Assembly (NCBI GenBank): GCA_002633005.1
Contig: NMRA01000093.1
Location: 314,567 to 378,566 of the forward strand
Reading direction: 5' to 3'
DNA: 64,000 nucleotides
Source: Phoronis australis
Lineage: Eukaryota > Animalia > Phoronida
The notes beneath the pieces were generated by a model that worked only from the letters and a program-made list of their open reading frames with translations, was not told the DNA's origin and made no database searches. Shown in pieces: positions 12,870-26,300 of this stretch. A program made the position numbers and the translations under genes. The stretch's first letter is position 1. The number at the start of each line of letters is the position of its first letter.

Positions 12870-13535
12870 CTAGATACCCATTACCACCCAGAGCATATTT
12901 AACGTGGTTGACTTCCTGTGCTTTCTCGTTGACATCAGACCATCTGAATTTTCTGAATAGCTGTAAACGGCACTTCCTTTCAAAAATGAATGAGGCAGAT
13001 AAGATAGCTGTTATTGGCCACGAGAAAGAGAAAGTTTTCTTTTCTCTTGGTTACACCGGGCCAAGTAGTATAATATTGAAACGTCAATTATCTCGCCTTA
13101 TTCATTGCATAGACTCTGTTTTCAAACCCTTCCGAAACTTTCCAATATGCCGTGTGTAAGGAATTCTATATAGGACTCACACAGAGACGCCTCTGTGAGA
13201 GGTTGAAAGAACATCACACCTCACAGAAAAGTAACATATATAGGCATTGTATTAGTTACAATCACCAAGCCAACTGTTAGTATCATCTGCAGAGAACCTA
13301 ATAAGGAGTTACTGTACATTAAAGAGTCATTGGCCATTCAGAACCAGCATGCCACTGATTCTCTGAATAACATGCAGAGCTCAATGACCCTGCAACTATG
13401 GTGATGACCAGCTACTGACTATATTCTATGTATCTCTCACTTCACTCTATGGATGTTACCTAAGTTGTATGTTGGCGCTTGTTGTCCTATATGATCCTGA
13501 TGATGTGTAATGAAAAGACGAAACGTTGAATTGAA
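12870..13535 (+). mobile_element. Penelope-like retroelement remnant (linker plus GIY-YIG endonuclease, 3' region with hammerhead-like motif)
   Basis: LGYTGPSS...; FYIGLTQRRLCERLKEH...IYRHC...LLYIKESLAI...SLN, with frameshifts; CTGATGA...GAAACGTT at 13497-13527. Confidence 0.8.
13492..13532 (+). ncRNA. Degenerate minimal hammerhead-ribozyme-like motif
   Basis: CUGAUGA, short stem II (gt...ac), GAAA, palindromic ACGU-U; lies just downstream of a Penelope GIY-YIG ORF. Stems are imperfect. Confidence 0.45.
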
Positions 13536-13599
13536 CATGAACTTTTTTATTTGTGCGGCGATCTTCCGGTTTTCAATCAGACACTAGTTTCTCAACTCT

Positions 13600-13985
13600 G
13601 TTCAGCATAGGTGAGACTAGGCGACAACTTGCTACGAGAGTGAAGGATCACCGCAATCGCAATCTGCGACCTACATGTACCACAGCCATTCAAGAACATG
13701 TGAAAGACCAGAACCATCACCTTTCTGAGGACAATTTCTCACTAATTAGTCCCCACCTTGATAAGTGAAATGGACGTATTCGGGAAGCCATAGAAATCCA
13801 AGTCAACAAACCAAGTCTGAACAGAGATCCAGGCTTCAATCCCTTCCCCCTCCTATGTACTCTGACGTACTAGAAGGGTTTCCCCCCAATAAGGGATTCC
13901 CATGTTACTGTTTTCACAAGACCTCAGAGGGCGCGCCTGGTGGTGAAATAAGTCCGTGAAACATGGATCAAACGGCGTACACCGA
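13600..13985 (+). mobile_element. Penelope-like GIY-YIG fragment, second family
   Basis: IGETRRQLATRVKDH...AIQEHV...IREAIEIQVNKPSLNRDPG. Confidence 0.85.
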
Positions 13986-14230
13986 CATCAGAATAGGTAC
14001 AAAGTTATTTTCTCCAAAAGTAATCTTTTTCAATGTTTGAATGGAGCACAGGAATATTCATAGTATCAGTCACAGTTCTATATCAACATCTTTTGCACCG
14101 ACTTCATTTTCTCACTGCACACATTACAAAAATATCTTCAAACACCTTGAGCTGCTTTACTGACAATATCTCAAGCATCTGTTCGACTTCTGATTTAGAT
14201 AGACTTTTTACAAAGGAGTTCGAGATAATA

Positions 14231-14300
14231 TCACAACAAGATGTTGCAAAGGGGCTCGTCTAGACCTGAAGCGAACGTCCTCAAAACGCCTCCGAGAGTC
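14231..14300 (-). CDS. CERK: CERK-like last coding exon (TLGGVLRTFASGLDEPLCNILL*)
   Basis: ttttag acceptor, phase 2; aligns to CERK LVRLFARGIEE; TGA at 14231-14233. Confidence 0.85.
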
Positions 14301-17300
14301 CTAAAACATGTCAAACAATTAATCGTCGATAATAGTATAACAGAAATAACTGATGTGAAAGACATTCAACTTGAAATGACTTTCATCGTACATGTATGCA
14401 TACTTGTGGACGTTAACAGGGAGGTGCCACGTGATAGGGTTTACTCTAATCAGCGCAATTTTATTCATAGCTGAGCAAATTATGAGTAAGAATCTGTTTA
14501 TAACAAATTATTCATGAATGATAAACACTGGATAAATTTGGCCAAACTCACTTGGTGATCTCTCCTGGGTGAATAAAGAGTCCTTGCTCGAGAAAGTTAG
14601 GCAAAAGTGGAAACATGACAAATGACACACTTTCTTTACATATAATTCGTGAATACTCTTGGATAAAATTATACTGATGCACAACCACGATAGTTCGTTA
14701 AAAAATCAGTCGTCGTTACTTCGAAAGCTGAACTCTGCAAATTTTGGGTACTTTGATTCCGGTGACACAGGAATATTTTGACATTTTCAGTTAAAGCTGA
14801 ATTTTGCCCTGTTTAGACTAAAAACAATTAACAACTACAAGTGCTTGATAGTGGTCAGCCTAGGACACTTTGATTAGGGAGGAGACATTTTTGTTTGCAG
14901 TTCAGATCGGATCGTCTAAACATTCACCATGCATGTACATGCTTCAAACACTCGTCATGCACAAATTATCCAAAGTAAATTGACTAAGATCTTTTTTAAT
15001 TCAAGATGAAAAACAAATACAAAACTATATTTATCCTGGAAAACATCTCAGGCACGACACAATGAAGTTACGTGTTGCACTCTTTTTTCCGTTTTTGTTG
15101 AAGTTGTATTTTACTTGCTATAAATTGTGAAACTGACAGATAGGGGCCTTGATGATAGAATCAATTCCTCCTCGTGTTCTGTGTTTGATCATATATCTTT
15201 TCATATTTAGAAGCCCAGGCCTAGGGGCCGAGTAAAGTAAAACATATTTTCACTTATTCGAAGAAGTTAGATGGTAGAACAATCGATTTTCGTTTCCACA
15301 GAGGATGGTGTCATTTTGCCTGGTTTTCTCAAGCATTCACTTCTAAACAGACTGTCGCTTGCACTGCACGGTGATTTGCAATATAACTGTTATCTTTTTA
15401 CCTGATTTCGAATGAAAGTGGAGTGTCTAGGAAATGATGCTCCCCGTCAATAGGTGCGAAGCTCTGCAACGGATGTGTGTCGCTGTCCAACTTAATCCGC
15501 GCGTGCGTCATGTCTATTAATTCGACGTTTTCTTGTAAGAGCTATAATCACAAAACACAATCAATGCAAGAAAGATCTTCCTAAAGCTGTTTTTCTGTTG
15601 CACTGGAGATATTAAAGAATTGCAAATTGATCAGCTTTGGTTTCCAAATACCACAAAATCCCTGACTAGCAATTTGCAAACTGCTAGTAAAACCATCATT
15701 TCATAACTTCCCTTAATAAACATGAAATACACGTACATCGTGCTGCTATTCTCAACTTACCGCATATTTGCTTCCAGTGCCTAAAGCGATCAGGAATTTA
15801 AGTGTTGCCCATCTGCCATGAGGCTTCAACAGCAGCAATGTGCTAATGCCTGACGTCATTCTCTCGTTGTGACGAACAAAATCCGGCCGCGGATCACTAG
15901 GGTCTCGCGACGCTGTCAATCCATTAGGAAAGTATGACACCCCACAGTATACTCCACTCCTAGTTGTCCAATCTGATTTGTGAATACGCTCGCCAGAGCT
16001 GTAACATACGAAGCTGTATTTTAAACTAACTCGGAATATTCCAGTGATTAAAAATGCACACAGTGCAAAATGTGTCTCTGGATCGCATGGCATGTCCTAT
16101 TTGTTATGTACCGAGTCCAGCAATATTCGGGACTCGTTTTTATTTTTTCTTTGTAACCCAGAATGAATGACCATTGAATATCACTCAGGAAACAACCATT
16201 GGTGCACATGAACCGTTCAATACAGAAATCTGTCTGAATCAGCCTTTGATTTTTAACATAACTTCACACGAGTCGTGTAGATTTGCCATGTAAAACACCA
16301 TTTCGCATGCGCAGCAGGAGGAATTTTAAAATAAAGCTTCCGAGTACACTTCTGTGTGACATTTCCGTACGCGTCTAGTGTTTAGCAATTTCAAAAAACC
16401 CTAAAATGTACTCAGAAAGAAAACGTATGTGAGACTCCAGTGCATCCCTTCACAATCCGAAAGGGTGAACTTGGCAGCTCCATAGCAAACACTGTAAAGG
16501 CTGTTTACAACACCATAGACCGGACTTAATGTCTGTACTCGAAACTCGACTGGAAATTTGACCAATTACGTAGCAATGTTTAAATAAATTTGATATGTAC
16601 TTAAGACAAGGAAGGTGATTTGTTATGTTAGAGCCCGAGTCTGAGCTTGGCGATGAGACCCAGGGCCCAGGAGTCCGTTTCGTGAAAGCGACTTAAGACA
16701 ATTTTATGCTCCCGGTTTCTGAATATTAATCAAATCTCACTAGCTAGAAGTGCAGTGGCTAACAATAAACACGCAACTGGTGGTAATGTTTTCCTGCAGC
16801 TAATTGAGTTAATTTCTATAAATAATAATTTTCTAGAATTTCTATAAATGATAATTTTCTAGATTGCGATGCGCTTACCGGGCTAATTTCTTTCAGCAAT
16901 AGTGAGATGAAATTTCTGTCTCATGCCTCAAGTCAGTTTCATAAAACAGACCTCAGGATTGTTTAATAACCCAATCGCGAAACACAGACTGCTACGATGA
17001 TTCAAAGATTTAAGCCAAACCCCCCCTGTATTTAGACTGCCGTGGCCTTATTTCGTTTGTCATGACGCACCTGTGATCTCTATCAGCCGCCTTATACTCA
17101 ACAAGGACGTGAAACGTTCGGTAGTTCATCAAACTCCTAATCACTGAAACCAAGAAGGAGAACATTTTAAGTATTCATACTATGATTTCTGCTTAAGCAA
17201 AAATTATCACCGATTATTGACCATGATCACGGATTTCCCTAATCACATGAAACAGCACAATACCCATATGAGTTTGGCTGCTGTCCTGTATCATCTTAGG

Positions 17301-20300
17301 CGAAGAAACATAATTCGTTCTCATAATAATATGTTTTTTTGAAACTCGGCTGGATGGTGCGGTGTTTTTAGTAGCTTACTTTTCCGAAAAAGAAACTCTC
17401 CTGAAGAAGAACAAAAAGGATGCCGGTTGTTTATTTTTGTAATGGACTCTATTCAGTTTCCGGTGGGGTAGAGCTGTCAGTAATTGTGCCATTAGTTTTT
17501 TTGATCCCTATAGTCCAGGCGACAGCAAACATGGAAACTGCGTCACCATCAAGCATGTTGTCGTACGGCAATCAAAAATGTTCTATTAATTAGGAAATTA
17601 CGCCACAAATGCGTTACACTCAAAACAGATTTGGAGGAATAGAGTTTCAGAGCTCTGTAGACTTGTCGAGCACTTCCCAGAGCACCATGTAATCAATTCA
17701 TGACCATTCAAACCTTGCTTTCCCTAGCTTAGGTCCGTATGGACAATTTTCCTTAGAACGGACACGTGACTAGACTTCGGCTCAAGTTGATGCGTTTGAA
17801 CCGGCGTCCTTCAATATTTTCTGTTTAGTCAGTCGGCGTAGGTCGTCGAGTCGGGGTACAGACCAGAACCAACTATGCTTTTTTGACCTATGGTGTTTCG
17901 AGCTTTGTGCCCAGTGACTTTCAGAAACAGTTTGAAGAGTCGTTCTACTGTGATGAAATGATAAGAAACACTGTTTTCAAACATACTGATGGCGACGAAT
18001 TGCACAATATGATCAATACCTTAAACTTATTCCTAGAATAGATGTACGAAACGTGTGTATACCATAATAAGGCGTGCAATGCGAAAAAAGCTTGACGTGA
18101 CGACAGAAGAGAGATGTCATGTTTCACTTACTTCCAATAAGGTAGCGCAAAGGCCCAAGTCTCCGTAGCCAGCCCTCTGTCCAGTATAAAAAGTCGGTTA
18201 AACAACCGTAACCGAACATTAGAAAGGTCCATTTGAGAAAGTTGCCTGCTTGAAACGACGAACTTGCGTTGGTGGCAATTTCGTCTCCTGTGGAAACAGA
18301 ACGAAGTTCTCAATGATGTCTGGAATATTTTAACGAGAGAGGGCAGATTCTCCAGTGCTCACTTCCACGACGGCGTTCGTTGAATTCATTTCATTAACAT
18401 GAACGTGTCTACCACCCTTATAATATCCAATTCTTGCCTTGTTTAACTTGTTACTCATCACTGAAGCTTTCTTCAACGGTCACTACAGATGGAAAGCTGT
18501 ACTTGTTGCTCACTTCAGCGACATAATGAATTGTGAGAGGTTGGCCTCGCGATGTCTCACTTGTTCACTTTTGGATTTCTTTTACCTGGTGTGCGTTCCG
18601 TAGAGGCAAAAATATCGCGAAACCGTACGAACACGCAAGTCTACGAGTTATCACCATATATTACAAGCGAAGCGCGAGACTACACTTATGTTTCCTTAGC
18701 GAGATTCTTGCGTCTACGAACTCTACTCTGGTCACACACGGGCGAGGTGAGCTAAGTGTTAAGCCGTTTGCCTTACGTTAACCTTTGGAATCTAATTGGT
18801 CCTTGTACTCCACTAATTTAACTTGAACCGTAAAAGTTCCATAAATGTATCCAGTTTAAACAATGGGTAGCTCTGTAACACATGGGTGGCGCAGCATTGA
18901 AAAAAGTGGGGCTATAGTCCCTCTGTGGGGCATCAATGAAAAACGTGGGGGCTGTACCCCCCAGCCCTGTATGGTGAGCAGCCCATGTAACAGTGGCGTA
19001 ACGCAACTGCGAGCTAGTTCCTCTCCGCCATTGCTAAGCAAATGTTAGCGTTCGACGTCACGAGCTTTCGACCTTATTCATTAAGGAATGGAACACTCCC
19101 ATTTTGTGAGTTGGCACATTACTAGAAAATCTGTTGTAGCTAGCTGGAAAATTAATCTCTCCATTTTGAGCTTGGTGTAACTCCTGCATAACTCCCGTCA
19201 GCTCGGTTTAAAGAACTGCTGTCAACACCAGACACGCAACTCCGTTCGTGTTTACAGACACGCTTGACAAGGTTGTTGGCCTGGGATATTTGGCCTAAAT
19301 TTAGCAAATTAAAACAATTCCTTTGGTAATTTCAAGGTATAAGTGAACCAAAATTCAGTACCAGGTGATAACGAACACAAAACAGTGACTTCAATGATCA
19401 AAGAAGTCGGCAGTGTATGCGAAATGTCTTGGTCCCAACCCCATTTTATTACTGAATGACCTGCCGTCAAGTGGTGTCGTGATTTGAGAAAATGTTTCAA
19501 AAGTTAATCTACTGACATGCCATTTGAAACAAAAGTAGACACCGAGGTTTTATTCTGTCGAAAGCGGAAGCAGACGAAAAAGTCGTGTTTTTGCAAGTGG
19601 TCTCTTCTAATGTCAGATTTCTTTGATTTGGGATTTCGAATTCTTGTGACGGAAACGTAAACAGAACAGAGGGCGATTATATTATAATGCAGGTATCCTT
19701 TGAAACAACCGTAAAGTTGCTAATTCTAAATTTCTTTGAAAATCTCTGTTCTCAAGAACAGCACGACGAGCCCGCACATCTACACGTCAGCAGCACCGGA
19801 TAGAGTTCAGAAAGGCTGGGATCTACGTACATGTAGCCTTGGTACAAAGCTGTATACTAAAAGTGGTAAGATAAAATCTGACGCAAAATTAGTGTCATTA
19901 AAAACTACAGTCTTCCTTGAGTAAACTAAATTATTCAACGGCGTTCTACCGTTATTCTGTTGTGGAGAGGCTTTCGGCGCCATGAAATATTGCGTCACCT
20001 ATTGGCCAGTTTCTTTTTTCGCCGATTCTTCAATCAACTGTTATTCTTTCACGAGGTTGCGTACACATCACAGCAAATTATCTGAACTGATTTCACTTCC
20101 TTATAAGTTTTTAGAATTTTGATACCGAAAAACCGAATTTCAGAAGAAATTTTGCTGCTGCCAAGCTATCATCATCTCCCGAGAGATGTCGCAAAATTTT
20201 AGGAAATGGCGCGTGCGCGTGACACGATCGTACTGTTTTCAAAACGACAACATACTTTTCGTTGTCAGAAAAGGCGGAGAGTAACGCAGGAAAATGACGT

Positions 20301-23300
20301 TTATTACATTGTTTTTCACTTAAACGGCTGTAACGGGCAAGGTGAGTGTCGGTTGGTTCCCAGATTTTGCATGCACCCCGTCAGGTCTTTAGCTTTACAT
20401 GTCGATACAAGTTTCACGGCGAGGTGACGAACAGAACTACCCTGGCTGTGTGCAATTTCGGGGTCTACGGAAGAAATACACACAGTGGTACCTAGCTGCA
20501 TTTTGACGACAGTCTTCACACAGTTAGCTGGCTGGCTAGGATCTACGCTGGGACCTCGCTAAAATCTAGCCAATATCACGTTTCCTCATTTAAAATGCAC
20601 GGCAATGTCTCACATAATCTCGCGAAGTCTTGCTTTTTAGCGAGGTCCTAGCGTTACCGAACTCTACCCTGGCTTGTGAGTAAACAATAAGACCACAAGA
20701 AACTTACCACGGACGATTCTTAACGCTGATGACGTGGGATCACGTGTTCCCGTTGTGATACACGAGTAGCCGTCTCCAGAACCTGAAAGCAATGAGCTGT
20801 GAACTTATTCAAGAATGAGAGTCCACCTTGCAGCCCAGATAGAGTATTTTATATGATTGTTTAAGCATTCCGTTAATATCTTTCCTGACCATATCCATGT
20901 CTTATTTCTATTATGTGGTCAAAATTATTTTAAAAAACATTATCTGGGCCCAGTTGCATAAAAGTTATACGCCGTATAACAACAATGACGTCGCATTATC
21001 ACGTGTCACGTTGTTATTGTTGAACAATGCACCTGACGTCATGCAACAATCAAACTTATCCAACGGATAACTTTTGAAGCTTTATGCAACTCACCCCTGA
21101 TTCATTCTGTTAAAAATCTTAAAGTGTGTATGCAGTGATGATGTTGGTTACTGCAATGCTCATTTTCAGTAAACTCTCCTGAAAGTGGTACGTCCATAAG
21201 TCAGAGCTTCGCTCCACTCGGGTAAGTACATGTACTCTCTGTGGACAAAATGAGCTCTACAGAAAAATCGGATTTTGCCTAACTGGGACAAAATTTCTCT
21301 GTCCTGTTGGATCCGACTTAGATGAGTTTTATATTGTTTCTTCTAACCCGATGTACCTATAACTGCTTTTAAATGTTTATCAATTCAGGGATTAAGTGAG
21401 ACCGCGTGGCCCTTATTTTGGAGATGCACGGTCATCCACAGCTGACGTCACTGATAGACTTTGTGATTGACAAAACGTTCGACTGTTTGAAGGTGAGGAG
21501 TCTGTGCGAGGGGAGGAATTCGAAAAAAGATTTCAAGTATGCCTGCAGACAGGTCAATGACTTCCGGCTTAAAGTAAGTTATATCCGGTTAACTTAACTC
21601 CGTCACTCATTACCCATTAACCAGTTTATATATATTGTAAAACAATTAGGGCACACCATTGTTTCCTTCTGTGAACCCAGCATGCACGGAGCAGGTAAAA
21701 CACCATTTCACGTGAGAAATAAAAAATATCGCGTTTTTGTCATATAGGCACACAATTGTTATAATTGCTACTCTGAAGTACTGTTTTTTGTGTGGTGGAA
21801 ATTTTATTGAGCATTCCATGCCAATTAACTTGTTGTGAATCACGTTTTGCTGTGCATTGCGTTCTTAAGATCGCTTGATGAATGGGAGGATGAGAGAAGT
21901 CAGATTCCTAACCTACATGTATCAAGAGATGAACGGAGTACGTGCTGTTTGAGTAGAGAAATTCCAGAAGGGTGGAGAATTGACCCATAGCCAGGACTTT
22001 GAGTGACGGATTAAATGACCAATCAGAATCCACTCTTGACACACCTTCGCTTTCAAGCCGCCAATTTACCCGACAAACACGTTGCCGAGCAAAACTTATT
22101 GTTTGTTGGTCGACATTTTGCGAGGGGCCGGAGCTTGCGATGGGTCAATTACAGGTAAATGGGTATATTGCTGCAACAGAACAATGGAGCTGAGAATTTT
22201 GAGTTCGTCTGAATTACGCAAAATTAAAATTTATCTGTATGGCGTTGTTAGGGAATAAATCCTAGCAGTTCCACAGAACTTTGTCCTAGTTAAGCGAGTT
22301 CTACTTGACATGTCATGCCTTGCTCTTCATTTAATTTTCTACACTGATCTGTTCAGTTAAAAAAGTCACAAATTAGAACATCATTTTGTATAACAGTTAC
22401 AAGGCAATAACCTCACAACTTGATACCGTTCAGAAGCAAGTTATTCTCAAAATAGAATTCCCTCACGTACAGTTTTCAAGAGTAAAAATGAACTACAAGC
22501 AGATACGAATTTTCAGTGTTTTGCCAGAATTCGGGTTTTTTATTCTTAATGAAACAAAAGAAATTAAGCCATTTTCAAGTTTTTAATCACAATTTCTTGC
22601 AATTTTCAGGAAAGGCGTTTCCAGCATTATGCAAAGAACTGTTGGGAGAACCAGGGGTGCAGCAGATCTTAAGCGAGAGAATTTGCTGCCAAGATAACAT
22701 TGGTCAGCATTTTGCAAAAACATCGGAAAGGGGACAAATTGTGCTCCAACAATTCAACAGTTTACCAATAGTGAACAGTTTTTAAATTGCTGTACTATTT
22801 TAGTATACACCCGGTGAAGGTTAACTGTCGTAGAGGAGCTGGACGGAAGTTAAGTGTACCTGCTGATGATACCCCAATTCCCAGAAGACCGTGATTATCA
22901 CAAGATAAAAACCAATCGTATTGGTACAGTAGTTTGATGGTTTCGGACTCCAAGTGGTCCCGTTTAAGGTCAAGTGGTGACTAGAAGGAATTTAGTCGTC
23001 AGATGGTAGTATCGTATGGCGAGACGGGTAGTCTTTGAGCATTGTTTGAATGTGTTTTTATGTACTGTGGGCCAGGATAATGGTATGTAGCAATACATGT
23101 ATAATTACTAATAGCTTTTCTTATAAACTGCCGACAGTGCTTATCTAAGAACACAATCTCACACTGGATTCTGTCACTAAAGAGTTACGTATCAAATTTT
23201 GATTTTAACAAATTAAACACCGGGTACGTTGTAGTCTGTTCGGCTATGATAGGAAAATGATAATAATGATTCATTCACATCAATTTCAATTAGTGATTGA

Positions 23301-26300
23301 TATAAAATTTAGATACAACAATTTTAAGCAGTGACAGACAATTTATTTACAACAAATTGGAATAGATATCAGTAACCAATGATTTATTTACAGTTCCAAC
23401 TTGTAGTGTTCCCTTCAAAGTCATTCATTTTGGAATTCCTTCCACACACTTTTCTCTCCCTTTCGCTACACTCTTTCAGACTTTGTGTTGTCCATTCTTT
23501 TTTAACACACGAGTAAACGCACTTCCCCAAATGGCGACATACTTTCTGGTAACAACCTTAAACAAAAAGTAACTCGCAGCCTCACTTTCAATTTCCCTTG
23601 CAATGTTGCATCAGCCATGCTGAATTTCTTCTGATGCAAAAATGTTCTCTATAACGGTTTGTTCATCGGAAACTTGACCTTTGCTCATGTTCAGCACTGT
23701 CCAAACAACAGCTTCAACTGTCCTAAAACACATAGACTTCATCATTCACTGTAATGATTCCACCACGGTTGAATCTATCAATCCAGATGGTTGTATACTC
23801 TAAACACGAACTCGCTTTACTATTTTCTGATGACCAACTCTCCAAAACATTTCTACATTCCCTATGAAAAATGTTCTCACTACGCGAAAACCGTTTCGTC
23901 AAACTAAAAGGGATGTACCCTGTCACGTAACATAATCTCATCTCGTCTTCGTTAGTCAAAGGAGTAGGCGCTTATGATTGTTTGCCCTTCTACTGGTACA
24001 TGTTATTTAAACCTGACAATGTTTCTAAACATTTGGCGCACAAGTCTTGAAGTAACAGGCTGTCGTCCAGCTGTACCTTATTCTTCGACATAAGTTCCCT
24101 CTACTTTGATTGGAACACTTTGGAAGTGCGAAACTCAGGAAACATGGTGAACATTTCACTCTTTTAAATACACTTAGTGTTCCACCATAGCAGCACTGTA
24201 CTATTAACCACATTTCTGTTGTAATGAAGTCCGAAAAACTGCAGATGTCACCCTGTTTCAAGGCGGCCGTTGCCTTTCGGACCTCTCGACCACGAGCACT
24301 GGAAAGGTTAATGGGGTCACTTATCATCTTGTCTAAGGCTTTCTGTAGCAAATGCAACGCTGGCAATGAAATGTTTTCTCTTGTGACAGGTTGGTTCTCT
24401 GGAAAAACATGAAATAGAGAACAATTAAAAATTAATATTAACAATACGACACATATGACTAATTATCTACAGAGACTTTGCCAAGTTTTCAGACAACGTA
24501 AAACAAATTTTTTTTACTGGATTCCATACGCTGTGGCTAAATAAATTTTAAATTAATAAATGATAACAATAACACGAGTTGAAATTTGCAGTTTTCGAGA
24601 TTCAGCATAAACCACGAACAAAAACGGACGAAAGTATGCCACAAAACAACCTTACGTCACTTTGCATTTACTACAAGCTGCATCTAATTTCGAGCCAGTC
24701 TACCAATTGAGCTTAGACACAATCGCTGATCGTGATTAACTGTAGCTGCTAACTCGCCATTTACGGCATTACGCCTACTTTACAGACCCACAGCGTGTAA
24801 ATTTTATAGCATCATTATAGTTCATTGAACTGACCTCCTATGCTATTGTCTGTATCTTTGTCGCCAAGAGAGTGTGTAAAATTTATCACGTCATTTTCAC
24901 TTTCAGAGTCCACTTGTTCACCTAATCCAATACAGTACCCGAGTAATTCTCAATTTCAAAATCTTCTCTCTTAACAGCAGCCATTTTCTTCGTTTGTGTA
25001 CAACCGGAAACACCGAGTAACAGGGGACAGTGTACACGTGACTGTCTCGGAGAATTGGCGACCCGTTACTAATGAACTGTGAAAACCATTTGGATATAAT
25101 TGCAGGATTAAACTCGAAGCAATGACGGGACCAAAGACGACCCTGGTAGTTTCTACTCCTCTCCCGGTATACTGAGCTCATTGCTGAAAGATAATCAAGA
25201 AGTGACATATTTCACCCAACGTTTTTTTATTAAGGTTTCGGACATGTGTCCTCAGACGACAAAACGTGTCGAGAAAGTGACAAATGCGCATACAGAATTG
25301 TCCGAAAAATAAACTTTCTGTCAATGCATAGACATGGTTCAAAACGCCCTTTCACGTTATTTATGTGTTTTCCCCATTATTTTTCCACTCCAAGACCAAA
25401 CACTTTGAAACTTGGACAGTATCACCTGTTCTCAGCCTCAATGCATCAGTTTACACAGTCTATGTATAAAGTATTGGAGCTATTCATCACAGGGTAGGCA
25501 GGTTATGTTACTATGTTAGGAAATGTTATTGTCCCACATAACATCCACTCTCAATGCAGGTGGCTCACTTGATCAAGTGAAGGGCGTTGAATTAAGGCAG
25601 GTTGACTCAATAATACTAGCTCGTGTAACAAAGCCATGGACGGTTCAAAATCAATGGTGGTGTGCACATGAAGTTTGCCAATTGATTTGAAAATAACAGC
25701 TTCTTTAAGTGCGAGATCATTTACCAGTGAAACAGGCTGACGTACAATAGTTGAGTGAAGTAGCATGTATCTTTAATGTAAGGCAAGGTTCTTGAGTCAC
25801 TGACACGAAAGCAACCTGAATATTCGTCTAAATGGAGTTACTCAGGAGATACAGGTATGACTGGGCGTGTTGTAACCATGTTTGTGTGGAACTATATTTT
25901 GGTGGAATAGGAATAATGCAGAGAAGCGCAATTTTGATCAAAAATAAAAATTAAAAGACCACTTTTAATATATGGAAAATACGAAACTTGATCATAAAGA
26001 CCGAATCTTAATCACCAAAACTCTCGGTTTGTTGAACATTATACGTGTAGCATCAGCCGTCCGCCTCACCAAAAGAATTTATGAAGTCAGTAAACTTATT
26101 GGAGAATTTATCCGATATATATCACCAAAATAAAACAAACTGTGCCAGTGCTGAAATAAGAAGAGGACGCATGAAAGATTAATGAAAATGAAAGTGGCCA
26201 AGTTAAATTAGCATTCAATTGGTTTTAACATTTCAGTTGCAAAGAACAAGGCAAATTGGAAGAAATGTCCTTTTTTCGGTATTGTCGGCGACCTTATTTC

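Noticed and set aside
14231-14248. CaaX prenylation motif at the CERK-like C-terminus (CNILL)
   Set aside because: The Cys is fifth from the end, so it is not a canonical CaaX box.
25230-25260. Minus-strand CTGAGGA...CGAAAC hammerhead-like motif (also CTGATGA near 52109)
   Set aside because: Stem II overlaps the core or the GAAA box is missing, and there is no flanking stem I.
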